The translations under genes and the position numbers were made by a program. A stretch of 64,000 bases of DNA from Candidatus Altiarchaeota archaeon (GTDB taxonomy: Archaea > Altiarchaeota > Altiarchaeia > IMC4 > SCGC-AAA252-I15): positions 60,813 to 124,812 of the forward strand of contig JAZDNF010000009.1 in the NCBI GenBank assembly GCA_043800255.1. The letters are read 5' to 3'. The notes under the pieces were generated by a model. It was not told the DNA's origin, did not search any database, and worked only from the letters and a program-made list of their open reading frames with translations. Numbering within the stretch: position 1 is the stretch's first letter; each line of letters starts with the position of its first letter. Of the stretch, positions 9,722 to 19,472 are shown piece by piece.

Positions 9722-10087
9722 TTATAGTAACTTTAGCCTTCCGGTTATCTTATCTATCCTGTCTGAGGGTGCTGGGCCTATCCCAACGCACGTTTTCGTG
9801 CCAGGCTCCACCTGAGTGTGGCCTGCGTCCTCTATCAGCGCGGTCGGAAGCCCCATATCCTTGGCCAATTGGGTCAACTGCAGCAGCTCCTTCTCGCCCT
9901 CGCACTTGAGGACTGACTTTTTCATGCCCTGGTTCACCCACTTGCCCCTGTCAGGGCTCTTGTCTGCGGCAGCCAGCGACGCGTGACTGACCTGCGCCGC
10001 GATCTTACCCTTGCCCATCTTCAAGTCCACTCGGACGACAATCACCTGCTTCAAATCCGCCCCAGCGAGAAAATCCTTCAACCCCAT
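9722..10087 (-). CDS. pth2: Peptidyl-tRNA hydrolase 2
   Basis: KQVIVVRVDLKMGKGKIAAQVSHA, DAGHTQV. Confidence 0.96.
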   Translation of the reverse strand: MGLKDFLAGADLKQVIVVRVDLKMGKGKIAAQVSHASLAAADKSPDRGKWVNQGMKKSVLKCEGEKELLQLTQLAKDMGLPTALIEDAGHTQVEPGTKTCVGIGPAPSDRIDKITGRLKLL

Positions 10088-10123
10088 AACATAAACTCTT
10101 AGAGAAGACAGAATAAAAACAGT

Positions 10124-11410
10124 CTATCTGAGGTAGCCCCACGTGTGGAGTCGGTCGCTGTCTTCAGCCCATCGTTCGCCGATGTCGTCCCTGAAATACA
10201 TGTTAGGGAGGAGTATGTTGTTGACCCTGTTGTATGCTCTGGTTCTGGCCTGCTCCATCGTCTGCCCGCATCCGACAACAGTCAATACGACGCCGCCGGT
10301 TCCTGTGACGACCCATTGGCTGTCGACTTTTTTCACGTCCTCGATGTGGACTCCGTCTGTGTTCGGCCTCTTGAATATGACCACAGCCTCCTTGGAATGG
10401 GTTTCGAAGGCTTCGGTGTCGTCGAACGGGTACGGGGACATCAGGATTCTGACGCCCACCTGGAATCCGCTCCTCACCTTGAACGGGCCCTTCTCGCCTT
10501 TGGCAAGATTGTGCAGGAACTCGCCCATCGGGATTACCATGCCCTCCTGCTGTATGAAGATTGTGGGATAGCCGAAACGGGATGTGAACTCCAACGGATA
10601 AACGCCGTAGTTGTTGACGATGCAGTTTATGTCAATGTAGCCGACATATTTTTCCTCCTTCAGCTTAGGTTCCATCTTCAGGAGGGTGGAATTGAAGAGC
10701 GTGTTAGGGTCGCTCCAGAACATGCTCGTCCCCATCTCCCCTGTCGACGGTCCGATGTTACCCGGGAACAGCTTCTTGTGCTCGAAGTTCACGTTGATGG
10801 GGTGGATGAACTCGCTACCGTTGAAGAATGCGCCGACCGCGACCTCGACGCCGCTTATCCTCTTCTGGAGCTGGAACTCCTGGATCCTGCCGGACCACAG
10901 GCTCTTATAATGCTCGAGAACCTGTATGACGTCGCGCCCTGTGTCCTCCTCTCCCACGAACAGGAGCTGCTTCCTGTTCTGCGCCTCGCCGCTCGGCTTT
11001 ATCACGTACTTGTTAGGGTTCTCATGGACGAACTGTATCGCCTCGTCGAATGATGTGAAGTTCTTTTGAGGTATTATGGACACGCCTGCCTTTTTCAGCT
11101 CCTCCTGGCCGAACGCCCTGTCATCCTCGAGCTTGTCGGTGTAGGGCGTTCCGCCGACGACGAGCTTGCCCTCGTCCCTCAGCTTCTTGGCCTTCTCGCC
11201 CTGGCCTAAGACGTCGTCGAATACTATGACATCGGCCCAGTCGACCTCGGCATTCCAGTCGTCAGTCTTGGGGACGAACCCGTCGGCAATCTCCTTCTGG
11301 GTTTTATCGTCTATGTAGTATTTTACGTCATGGCCTTCCTTCAGGACCTGCCAGGCGGTGTCGCCTATCAGGGCGTCAAGCGAGACAAAAAGGAATTTCT
11401 TAGGCTCCAT
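10124..11410 (-). CDS. PurD-like ATP-grasp ligase with an atypical N-terminus
   Basis: YVIKPSG, NFEHKKLFPGNIGPSTGEMG, LEFTSRFGYP, YFRDDIG; lacks the GSGGREHAL start of canonical PurD. Confidence 0.75.
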   Translation of the reverse strand: MEPKKFLFVSLDALIGDTAWQVLKEGHDVKYYIDDKTQKEIADGFVPKTDDWNAEVDWADVIVFDDVLGQGEKAKKLRDEGKLVVGGTPYTDKLEDDRAFGQEELKKAGVSIIPQKNFTSFDEAIQFVHENPNKYVIKPSGEAQNRKQLLFVGEEDTGRDVIQVLEHYKSLWSGRIQEFQLQKRISGVEVAVGAFFNGSEFIHPINVNFEHKKLFPGNIGPSTGEMGTSMFWSDPNTLFNSTLLKMEPKLKEEKYVGYIDINCIVNNYGVYPLEFTSRFGYPTIFIQQEGMVIPMGEFLHNLAKGEKGPFKVRSGFQVGVRILMSPYPFDDTEAFETHSKEAVVIFKRPNTDGVHIEDVKKVDSQWVVTGTGGVVLTVVGCGQTMEQARTRAYNRVNNILLPNMYFRDDIGERWAEDSDRLHTWGYLR

Positions 11411-11520
11411 CAAAAGCAGTCGACCCCAGTTGAAACAATCTCCACCATGTTTTATCATTAATCAATGTGTCGAAGCTAAATAAAAACATTTTTATCCTGC
11501 CTGTGTTAATATAGTAGAGT

Positions 11521-12549
11521 ATGGCTAAGCTTTTCTGGGTGCGAGCTGACCAGGACCAGCCCTGGGAGAAGAGGAAGAAGCTGGTGACGACAGCCCTGGA
11601 GTCCGGAGCTGACGCCGTTATGGTGAAGCCCGGCGAGGTCGAGACTGTGAAAGGCCTGGGACTGATTCATGTCATCTCAAACGACAGGAGTGCGGACATC
11701 AGGCTGGCGAAGGACGCATGCTACAAGGAGATTCACAACAAGGAGGATGAGCAGGATATCGTGAAACTTGGTAAAAACTCCAGGTACGTCATAGTGAACG
11801 CCAGGAACTGGAAGATAATCCCGTTGGAGAACATCATCGCAGCGCTGCGAGGCAAATGCAAAATCATCGTCGAGGTCGCTAACGCGAAAGAGGCTAAGGT
11901 CGCGTTGGAGACCCTTGAGGTGGGAGCGGACGGCGTCCTCGTCAACGCCGGTTTCTCTGAGATAAAAGGCGTTAAAACAATAATAGATGAGATGGCAACC
12001 GAGAAGCTTACCCTCGTCCCGGCCAGGATAACCAGGATAGAGCCTGCAGGCATGGGAGACCGCGTCTGCGTTGACACCACAAGCATGCTCAATGTCGGAG
12101 AGGGCATGCTCGTCGGCTCCCAGTCAAACGGCATGTTCCTCGTGCACTCCGAGAGCATAGAGACGGAGTATGTGGCAAGCAGGCCGTTCAGGGTGAATGC
12201 AGGAGCAGTGCACGCTTACGTGAGGATGCCTGAGGGCAGAACATCATACCTGAGCGAGCTCAAAGCAGGCAGCGACATTCTAGCAGTCGACTGGAAAGGC
12301 AGGACTAGGAAGGTCACGGTAGGACGCTCGAAGATAGAGAAGAGGCCGCTGATACTGGTCGAAGCCAAAGCAGAGAAGAGGAGCATAAGCACGATGCTCC
12401 AGAATGCTGAGACGATACTGCTTGTGGACAAAACGGGCAAACCTGTTTCAATCTCAAGGCTGAAGAAAGACGACGAAGTCCTGGCCTACGTAGAAGATGC
12501 CGGCAGGCACTTCGGGATGAAGGTCAAGGAGAGCATAGAGGAGAAATGA
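11521..12549 (+). CDS. aroB': 3-dehydroquinate synthase II (archaeal AroB')
   Basis: WKIIPLENIIA, GMGDRVCVDT, RPFRVNAGAVHAY, LQNAETI. Confidence 0.95.
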   Translation: MAKLFWVRADQDQPWEKRKKLVTTALESGADAVMVKPGEVETVKGLGLIHVISNDRSADIRLAKDACYKEIHNKEDEQDIVKLGKNSRYVIVNARNWKIIPLENIIAALRGKCKIIVEVANAKEAKVALETLEVGADGVLVNAGFSEIKGVKTIIDEMATEKLTLVPARITRIEPAGMGDRVCVDTTSMLNVGEGMLVGSQSNGMFLVHSESIETEYVASRPFRVNAGAVHAYVRMPEGRTSYLSELKAGSDILAVDWKGRTRKVTVGRSKIEKRPLILVEAKAEKRSISTMLQNAETILLVDKTGKPVSISRLKKDDEVLAYVEDAGRHFGMKVKESIEEK

Positions 12550-13508
12550 CCAAACTTGAGAGGGTCTCTGACATCATGATCAGGGACGTTAAGACAACAT
12601 CAGGAGATTCCGCAGTAGTGGACGCCGCCAGGATGATGACAGATGAGGGCATAAGCTCTGTCGTGGTTGTCGAGAAGGGCAAACTGGCTGGAATACTGAC
12701 CGAGAAGGACCTTGCGACAAAGGTTGTGGCCCTCGGGAAAACGCCATCCAAGGTCAAGGTGAAAGACGTTATGAGCTCTCCAGTGCTGTCCGCCAGCCCG
12801 GAGACGAGCATACTCGAGGCTGCGAAGCTTTTGGACAGGAAAGGCTACAAGAAGCTGCCGATAGTCTCCGATGGAAAGCTCATTGGCATAGTGACCGAGA
12901 CAGACCTGGCTCACGCGCTCAGATCAAAGGTCATTGAGATATCACCGGCAACTGAGAAGGGCGTGAAACCATCCAAATCTATCTGCGAACTCTCTCCTGG
13001 GATGTCTTATCTCATAAAGGAGCCGAAATCTGAGAGGAGCTTTGACGTATTCACAAACTGCCTTTCGCATGGTGTGCCAGGCCTCGTCTTCACGAGGACG
13101 CATCCGAAGAGGGTCAGGGAAACGTACGGGCTGAAGGACACGCCCGTATTGTGGCTTACGAACCTGACCAGCGAGGAGCGTTCGATATCGCCTTACAGTT
13201 TCAGCGAGCTCTCGATACTGGTCAGCAAATTCCTGAAGGAGGTTGACAAGTGCGTCATACTGTTGGACGGCCTCGAGTATCTGATAACCCATAACAGCTA
13301 CAATCAGACTCTCAAGCTGATACAGAACCTCAGGGACAAGGTGTCAGCCACGAACTCCCACCTGGTGATCTCCGTTGACGACAGGACGCTGAGCGACCAG
13401 CAGATCAAGCTGCTGGAGCAGGAGATGGACGTCATACTCTCCGAGCTGAAGACTGAGGAAGAGAAACTCGAATCCCTCAGGGATGAACTGAAGGGGTTAG
13501 ATAGGTAA
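12546..13508 (+). CDS. CBS-pair plus DUF835 (KaiC/RecA-like) fusion protein
   Basis: Two CBS domains, then GLVFTRTHP...VILLDGLEYLITHN; ATGA overlap with aroB'. Confidence 0.8.
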   Translation: MTKLERVSDIMIRDVKTTSGDSAVVDAARMMTDEGISSVVVVEKGKLAGILTEKDLATKVVALGKTPSKVKVKDVMSSPVLSASPETSILEAAKLLDRKGYKKLPIVSDGKLIGIVTETDLAHALRSKVIEISPATEKGVKPSKSICELSPGMSYLIKEPKSERSFDVFTNCLSHGVPGLVFTRTHPKRVRETYGLKDTPVLWLTNLTSEERSISPYSFSELSILVSKFLKEVDKCVILLDGLEYLITHNSYNQTLKLIQNLRDKVSATNSHLVISVDDRTLSDQQIKLLEQEMDVILSELKTEEEKLESLRDELKGLDR

Positions 13509-14219
13509 GTCCTCAAGCGACGCTCTCAGAACGCCGCGGATGTCCTCCCCCCCTGACGTGAGATTGTACATTGGCACTGACGTTTTCGAGGCTGCTTCCT
13601 CTATCAGCCGTTTGCCGATTGCCAGTTTTTTCAATTTCTTCTCCAGCACGTATCTCCCCGAGTATCTGCCAACCCTCTGACCGAAGTCCATCCCAGCCAG
13701 CAGTATCAGCTTGGGCTTGTAGTATAATGCGATGCGGACAGCCCTGTCGCCGTCGGTGAAGCCGCCGTAGTTCAGAATCTTCTCCGTGGGCTCCACCTGC
13801 GTCGAGCCCATGACAGTCCCGACGAGTTTGGGTATGACATCCCCGAGGAGACCGATGTTGTCTCCGTGGGCGTGGACTACGGTGAGAGTGCCCATCCGGT
13901 TCGCCTTCAGTATTGCGTCGATGTCACCGTCCAAATCAGTAACGTTGACGTGAACTGGAACTCTGCTCTCAAGCAGCGCCTTCACGGAACCGTCGGCTGC
14001 TATCACGACAGTATCATCAAAAATGTGTGAGTACTTCAGCTTCCTGATGTCCTCCACGAGGGATGGGCCGCAGCCGAAGACCAGAACAGCCTTATCGCAT
14101 ATCAGACTCTTCAGAACCCTCCTATGATGTCCCTCCAACAGGGAATCCAGGATATCCCTGGCCCGCTCATCCCTGCCCCGATTCAAACCCAACAAACCAG
14201 CGATGTCTGGATAATCCAT
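13497..14219 (-). CDS. mptE: 6-hydroxymethyl-7,8-dihydropterin pyrophosphokinase (MptE-like)
   Basis: FGCGPSL, AADGS, VTDLDG, VHAHGDN, GGFTDGDRA, LAGMDFG. Confidence 0.88.
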   Translation of the reverse strand: MDYPDIAGLLGLNRGRDERARDILDSLLEGHHRRVLKSLICDKAVLVFGCGPSLVEDIRKLKYSHIFDDTVVIAADGSVKALLESRVPVHVNVTDLDGDIDAILKANRMGTLTVVHAHGDNIGLLGDVIPKLVGTVMGSTQVEPTEKILNYGGFTDGDRAVRIALYYKPKLILLAGMDFGQRVGRYSGRYVLEKKLKKLAIGKRLIEEAASKTSVPMYNLTSGGEDIRGVLRASLEDLPI

Positions 14220-14251
14220 CTTAAAACTATTGTCTTGCATATTATAATGTC

Positions 14252-14944
14252 ATGTTTAAGCCGCATGGGGACAAGCATTTCATGGTGGATGAGGCGCTTC
14301 TGGATAGGTTGGCAGGCTATGCCAATCTCGCAGATGATGATGTTGTCCTGGAGGTCGGCCCCGGCACAGGCAACCTGACAGGGCATCTGGTTGGGAGGTG
14401 CAGTCAGGTGATAGCTGTGGAGAAGGACAGGACCCTGTCCAGGAGTCTGGCGAAAAAGTTCGGAAACAGGATAAAATTGCTTGAGGGTGATGTCCTGAAG
14501 ATGAGACTGCCGGAGTTCGACAAGTGCGTGTCGAATCTGCCGTACAGCATATCAAGGAAGTTCATGGTGAAGCTCCTGACCTTGGACTTCGAGGCTGCAG
14601 TCCTGGTCGTCCAGTCGGAGTTCGCGGATAAATTGAATGCGAAACCAGGAAATGACAACTACAGAATGATAAGCGCGCTGGCGCAGTCAACCGCTGAGAT
14701 AGAGATTCTGGAGAGAATCCCGCAGGAAGCCTTCGACCCGAAACCGAACGTGACCTCGACAGCAGTCAGGATAAGACCGAAACGCAGAGCCGGACAGGAG
14801 TACATAAACTTCCTCAACAACCTCTTCAACCACAAGAACAAAAAACTGAGGAATATAATGGACGGTTTAAGCGAGAGCGTGGGCGAGAAACGGCCGGTAG
14901 AACTTGAGCCAGAAGAACTAGTTTCTATTTATGAGAGCCTATGA
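14252..14944 (+). CDS. rsmA: 16S rRNA m6,2A dimethyltransferase (RsmA/KsgA)
   Basis: HF, VLEVGPGTG, VEKD, VSNLPYSIS, AFDPKPNVTS. Confidence 0.93.
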   Translation: MFKPHGDKHFMVDEALLDRLAGYANLADDDVVLEVGPGTGNLTGHLVGRCSQVIAVEKDRTLSRSLAKKFGNRIKLLEGDVLKMRLPEFDKCVSNLPYSISRKFMVKLLTLDFEAAVLVVQSEFADKLNAKPGNDNYRMISALAQSTAEIEILERIPQEAFDPKPNVTSTAVRIRPKRRAGQEYINFLNNLFNHKNKKLRNIMDGLSESVGEKRPVELEPEELVSIYESL

Positions 14945-16741
14945 GCCGCGCATGCTATCCCACTCTTGGGTGAGGCTCGTCTCCTGCCTCAAAAGGTCCG
15001 TCTGCGCCTTCTGCCGGTCTAACGCCAACTGCTCCATCCTCTTGCTGTGCTCTCCCTCGTTTATCTGACCCTGCCTCCTGGCCTGCTCCAGCTTCTCCCG
15101 CTCCTCCACAACCTGCCTCTCCATCTGCAGGGTCTCGGTCTGCCACTTGGTCTGCTTCTTAAGCCACGCGTTCCACTCCTCAGGGTCGACTGCCATCTCC
15201 TCCGCAGCAGAAGCCATCTTCTTCACCAGCCGGGGCTTTTCCACAGCATCAATCTGATGCGACAGCTGAGGAGCTTTCGCTCCAACGATGTTGGCAATGT
15301 TGATCGCCTTATGATAGTATCCCTTCTGCTCGAATCCCTTCATAGCATCCATCAGGTTGCTGACTCCAATCCGGACCTTAACTGCATCATTTGAGTCTAT
15401 CAATTTCTCGGCATCGTCAACAGTCTTCTGAAGCTCTGCGCCATAAGCCGTTTCCCTGGCTTCTGTCATCTTCTGGGGAGTCATCTCCTCAGGGGACTTC
15501 TGCTCGTCCTTCACGGCTTTTATCGCTTCGTCGACGACCTTCTTCTCGCCTTCAGTCAGAGCTTCGCCCTGCTTCTTCTTGAACAGTTGCTTTTTAGCAA
15601 TATCCTCGATGATTCCAGGCATAGCCTCCTGCTCGTAAGCCTTTCCAACAGCATCCGCAGCCTTCAGGTTTATCCTGGCCTGGATCTCCTTTATCCTGTC
15701 CGCTATGGTGACAGCAGGCTTGGCTGCCTCGACCGTTTTCTGTTCAGGTGCCGGAGGCTCGGCAGAAGTCTTCCCTGTCATGCCGCCTGCGACGGTAGCG
15801 GCAATTATAGTAGCGGCGGCAGCGACGCCCAACTTCCCGGCCAGCCTGCCTCTGCCTGGCTTTTCTTCGGATGCCTTCTTGTGGAGTTCGGGCGGCACTT
15901 CCATGATTGGAACAGACTCGGAAACCGCTCTCCTGTCCGTTTGCCCCGTCCTCTCGACTTCAAGGACTTTCGTTTTGACTCCGAGCTGCTTGGCCCACCC
16001 TCCGAGGACTGCCCTCTCATCGTCTGTGTAGAATATTCCTCCCTCATCCCCCTTTCTGTTGAGCTCGTCAACCGCCTTGCTGCTGTAGTCCAAGGACTTG
16101 TCCTTCTTCCCGAACTGGTACTCGAAGACTGAATGGTTATGCCATAGGAGGGCGTTGCTCTTGAAATTTGATGTGGCCTCATGATGCAGGTCGCTGATAT
16201 TCTTGATCTCATCTTCGCCTAACGTCCCCTTCTCCTTGACGATGTCCCTCGTCAGCGCGTAGGCGAGCTGTCCTGAAGCGACGCCGTGCAGGCGTTCATT
16301 CCCCCCGGAGAGGTCGTATGCGGATTTGGCATAGCCTATCGCGTCACTGAAGTTACCGCCCTTAGAAGAGACTACGGAGAGTATATGAAGACCCTGCGCC
16401 TTAGAGTGCGTTACATCCTGGCTCGCGCCCTCACGGTTAGCAAGTGATGCACCCAGATTCCAAGCCTCCTCAAGGAGTCTGGCCCTCTCATCGCCCTTGA
16501 CAGACTTGGCGGTTTCGAACAGCGATCGAGCATATAAGTTAGAGTACCTGTACCGCTCTTGCTCGCTCATCGAGTCAACGCTCTCTGACATGCCCCGGAA
16601 GTGGTCTAAAGCGCCTAGGAAGTCCTGGCTGGCAAGAAGTTTCCTGCCCTCAAGGATGCCGCTCCGGGTATCAGCTCCTCTGACCGCGTCACTGGTTTGG
16701 TCTTCGGCAGGCCTTTGGCGTCTAATCTTCTGCTCGGGCAT
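14939..16741 (-). CDS. Orphan: N-terminal TPR-like helices, one central hydrophobic segment, helical/coiled-coil C-terminus
   Basis: 600-aa ORF filling the gap; TPR-like A/G periodicity; LGVAAAATIIAATVAGG. Confidence 0.7.
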   Translation of the reverse strand: MPEQKIRRQRPAEDQTSDAVRGADTRSGILEGRKLLASQDFLGALDHFRGMSESVDSMSEQERYRYSNLYARSLFETAKSVKGDERARLLEEAWNLGASLANREGASQDVTHSKAQGLHILSVVSSKGGNFSDAIGYAKSAYDLSGGNERLHGVASGQLAYALTRDIVKEKGTLGEDEIKNISDLHHEATSNFKSNALLWHNHSVFEYQFGKKDKSLDYSSKAVDELNRKGDEGGIFYTDDERAVLGGWAKQLGVKTKVLEVERTGQTDRRAVSESVPIMEVPPELHKKASEEKPGRGRLAGKLGVAAAATIIAATVAGGMTGKTSAEPPAPEQKTVEAAKPAVTIADRIKEIQARINLKAADAVGKAYEQEAMPGIIEDIAKKQLFKKKQGEALTEGEKKVVDEAIKAVKDEQKSPEEMTPQKMTEARETAYGAELQKTVDDAEKLIDSNDAVKVRIGVSNLMDAMKGFEQKGYYHKAINIANIVGAKAPQLSHQIDAVEKPRLVKKMASAAEEMAVDPEEWNAWLKKQTKWQTETLQMERQVVEEREKLEQARRQGQINEGEHSKRMEQLALDRQKAQTDLLRQETSLTQEWDSMRGS

Positions 16742-16804
16742 TTTGAATATTGTACGATTTTAGGGAGTACTAGATTAAATACTTGAAAAAAAGGCTGCGA
16801 ACGC

Positions 16805-17104
16805 CTAATAATCCCGCCCTTTAAGGTTCACAGTCCGGTATTTTTTCACGGACCTTATCTTAGGCCTCGTCATCTTCCTGCTCCCAATGCGCTTCCTCTC
16901 GCCGCGGGTCATGCCCTCCCGCCTCTGTCTCATCAGTTCCCGCTTATGGGAAGGGCCGCCCCCAGTCCGGTGGGATTCGACAATCCTGAAATACACTCCC
17001 AACGGGTCAATGAACAGGTCATACTTGGAGTCACAGCCGAGAAAATGAGCCAAATGCTTTATTATCTCCTCAGACGTTTGGTTCCTGAAGAACTTGCCGC
17101 TCAT
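16805..17104 (-). CDS. Small hypothetical protein with a very basic C-terminus
   Basis: 99-aa ATG ORF divergent from pdxS; no family recognised. Confidence 0.4.
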   Translation of the reverse strand: MSGKFFRNQTSEEIIKHLAHFLGCDSKYDLFIDPLGVYFRIVESHRTGGGPSHKRELMRQRREGMTRGERKRIGSRKMTRPKIRSVKKYRTVNLKGRDY

Positions 17105-17158
17105 GTTAATAACAGAGGCCTCCCTATTTATTTAGGCAGATGTAATTTGTAAGGCACT

Positions 17159-18046
17159 ATGGTTAAGAAGGTTGGAACTGACTTGTTGAAGAAGGGTTTC
17201 GCTAAGATGGTCAAGGGCGGCGTGGTGATGGACGTCACCAACGCCGAGCAGGCTATCATCGCCGAGGATGCCGGAGCCGTTGCAGTGATGGCGTTGGAGA
17301 GGGTGCCTGCAGACATCAGGGCAGTAGGCGGAGTTGCGAGGATGGCCGACCCGCAGAAGATACTCGAGATAATGGATGCTGTCACCATCCCAGTCATGGC
17401 GAAGGTGAGGATAGGGCATTTCGTCGAGGCTCAGATAATCGAAGCCCTGGGAGTCGACATGATAGACGAATCAGAAGTCCTCACGCCGGCTGACGAGTAC
17501 AATCACATCGACAAGACCAAATTCAAGATACCGTTCGTCTGCGGGGCAAGAGACCTGGGAGAGGCTCTCAGGAGGATATCGGAGGGAGCTGCCATGATAC
17601 GGACCAAGGGCGAAGCAGGCACAGGCAACATCGTCGAGGCGGTGAGGCACATGAGAGCAGTCCAGGGAGAGATAAGGAAGATAGTAGGCATGAGCGACGA
17701 CGAGATATACAAGGAGGCCAAGGACCTGCAGGCTCCAGTTGACCTGGTCTTCAAGGTGAGGGAGATGAAGAGGCTGCCTGTCGTGAACTTCTCAGCTGGG
17801 GGGATAGCGACGCCAGCCGACGCCGCGCTGATGATGCAGCTCGGAGCCGACGGCAACTTCGTAGGCTCAGGCATCTTCAAGTCAAAAGACCCTGAGGCTA
17901 GGGCGAAGGCGATAGTCAGCGCGACAATGCACTACGACGACCCTAAGATACTCGCAAAAGTCTCGAAAGGGCTGTCAGAGCCTATGAAGGGCATAGACAT
18001 GAAAGAGCTCAGCGAGGCTGAGAGGCTCCAGACCAGAGGAGTTTGA
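17159..18046 (+). CDS. pdxS: Pyridoxal 5'-phosphate synthase lyase subunit
   Basis: [42 protein letters not shown]. Confidence 0.97.
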   Translation: MVKKVGTDLLKKGFAKMVKGGVVMDVTNAEQAIIAEDAGAVAVMALERVPADIRAVGGVARMADPQKILEIMDAVTIPVMAKVRIGHFVEAQIIEALGVDMIDESEVLTPADEYNHIDKTKFKIPFVCGARDLGEALRRISEGAAMIRTKGEAGTGNIVEAVRHMRAVQGEIRKIVGMSDDEIYKEAKDLQAPVDLVFKVREMKRLPVVNFSAGGIATPADAALMMQLGADGNFVGSGIFKSKDPEARAKAIVSATMHYDDPKILAKVSKGLSEPMKGIDMKELSEAERLQTRGV

Positions 18047-18047
18047 G

Positions 18048-18833
18048 ATGCATGCGAATGACATCGTAGAAGAGGAGATTCTGACCGTCAGCCCTGAGGA
18101 TAATCCGGTTGACGTCGGGAACCGGATGCTGGAGAAGAGGATTTCTAACGCCGCAGTGATGGAAGACGGCAAGCTTATTGGACTGGTCAGCAAGGTCACT
18201 TTCGTCCTCAGCCTGGAGCAGATAGGGCAGAAGCCGCTTGAGGAGTTCAAAGTCAGGGACCTGATGGAGAAAAAGTACAGATGGATCGAGGCTGACGCCA
18301 CCCTCGAGGAGGTTGTCGGACGAATGATGGAGATGCCGTCCAGGATGGACAGGATTCTCGTCATGGACGAGGGAAGACTGCGGGGAACGATACCGAAGGC
18401 GAACATCGTCAGACTCTTCGCCAGGGACTGCAGGAAGAGGTTCAAAGTCAAAGACCTGATGGAATACAAGCCCTCAGTGGTTTACGACTATGTCACGATA
18501 CCGAAGCTGATAAAGGAGCTGACCATGTCAAGCGACAAGAAGCTCATAGTCTGCTCCGGTGAAATGGTTGCCGGCATAATAACGGTGCTCGACCTCGCTG
18601 AGAAGATATTCAAGAAGATGAGGGCGGGGGAGGACTACAAAGAGCTCACCGCCGCCGACATGATGACAAAAGACCCCATAACAATATCAAGCCGCGAGGA
18701 CTCCGCGAAGGCCGCTGACATAATGCTCAAGGAGAGCATCGGGGGGCTGCCAGCAGTCGACAAGAAGCTCGAAGGCATCATAACAAAATCCGACATAGTG
18801 AAAGGCTACCAGATCGTGCTGCAGAAGATTTAA
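18048..18833 (+). CDS. Four-CBS-domain protein
   Basis: Repeated CBS motifs (V.DLM, GIIT..DI). Confidence 0.85.
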   Translation: MHANDIVEEEILTVSPEDNPVDVGNRMLEKRISNAAVMEDGKLIGLVSKVTFVLSLEQIGQKPLEEFKVRDLMEKKYRWIEADATLEEVVGRMMEMPSRMDRILVMDEGRLRGTIPKANIVRLFARDCRKRFKVKDLMEYKPSVVYDYVTIPKLIKELTMSSDKKLIVCSGEMVAGIITVLDLAEKIFKKMRAGEDYKELTAADMMTKDPITISSREDSAKAADIMLKESIGGLPAVDKKLEGIITKSDIVKGYQIVLQKI

Positions 18834-19441
18834 GCCCCTGACGGGCTTCCGAAGAATCTTGCGATGATGAAACTGGCGGCGACCGTCAGCAAGCCCACCA
18901 TCAGCATCGTAACCCCGTAGACTAGGACGTTCTCATAGCTTATTCTCGCGAGGAATGCTCCCAGAGAGAACAGTATCAGCGCTGAGATGGCAAGTGAAAC
19001 CCTGAAGGCCGCATCCAAGCCCATAAATCCAAGATTAACCGCGATAAAGGGCGACAGTATTATTATTGCAGCCAACGCCGGGCTGATGCCGTCAACCAAC
19101 GCGGTCACAATGGCGGCGAACCTCGAGGCCTCGCCATGAACGGTATTGTCAAGCTTGCTCAGCATCTTCCGCTCAAGCTTCCTGAGCTCCCTCATCCTCT
19201 CAGCCCTTTCAGTCATGAAAGCCCCCGTGAACCCTGATATCCCCATCGCCACGCTTCCCGCGATTCCCGCGCTCACTATTATCATAGGGTCTTTCAAGCC
19301 GGAGATGAACGCGCCGACTATGACGCCAAGCATGGTGAGCGCCCCGTCGAATGCGTTCATTATGAAATAACGCCTCGCGATGTGGGAGATCTTCGAGATT
19401 CTAGCATAGGTCGAATACTTTTCGAACATTTTCCAGACCAA
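18830..19441 (-). CDS. VIT1/CCC1-family metal transporter
   Basis: NAFDGALTMLG, AMGISG..GAFMTERAE; multiple TM helices. Confidence 0.8.
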   Translation of the reverse strand: MVWKMFEKYSTYARISKISHIARRYFIMNAFDGALTMLGVIVGAFISGLKDPMIIVSAGIAGSVAMGISGFTGAFMTERAERMRELRKLERKMLSKLDNTVHGEASRFAAIVTALVDGISPALAAIIILSPFIAVNLGFMGLDAAFRVSLAISALILFSLGAFLARISYENVLVYGVTMLMVGLLTVAASFIIARFFGSPSGA

Positions 19442-19472
19442 CGTTTTATTTTAGCCCTCTAATATATGAAGT

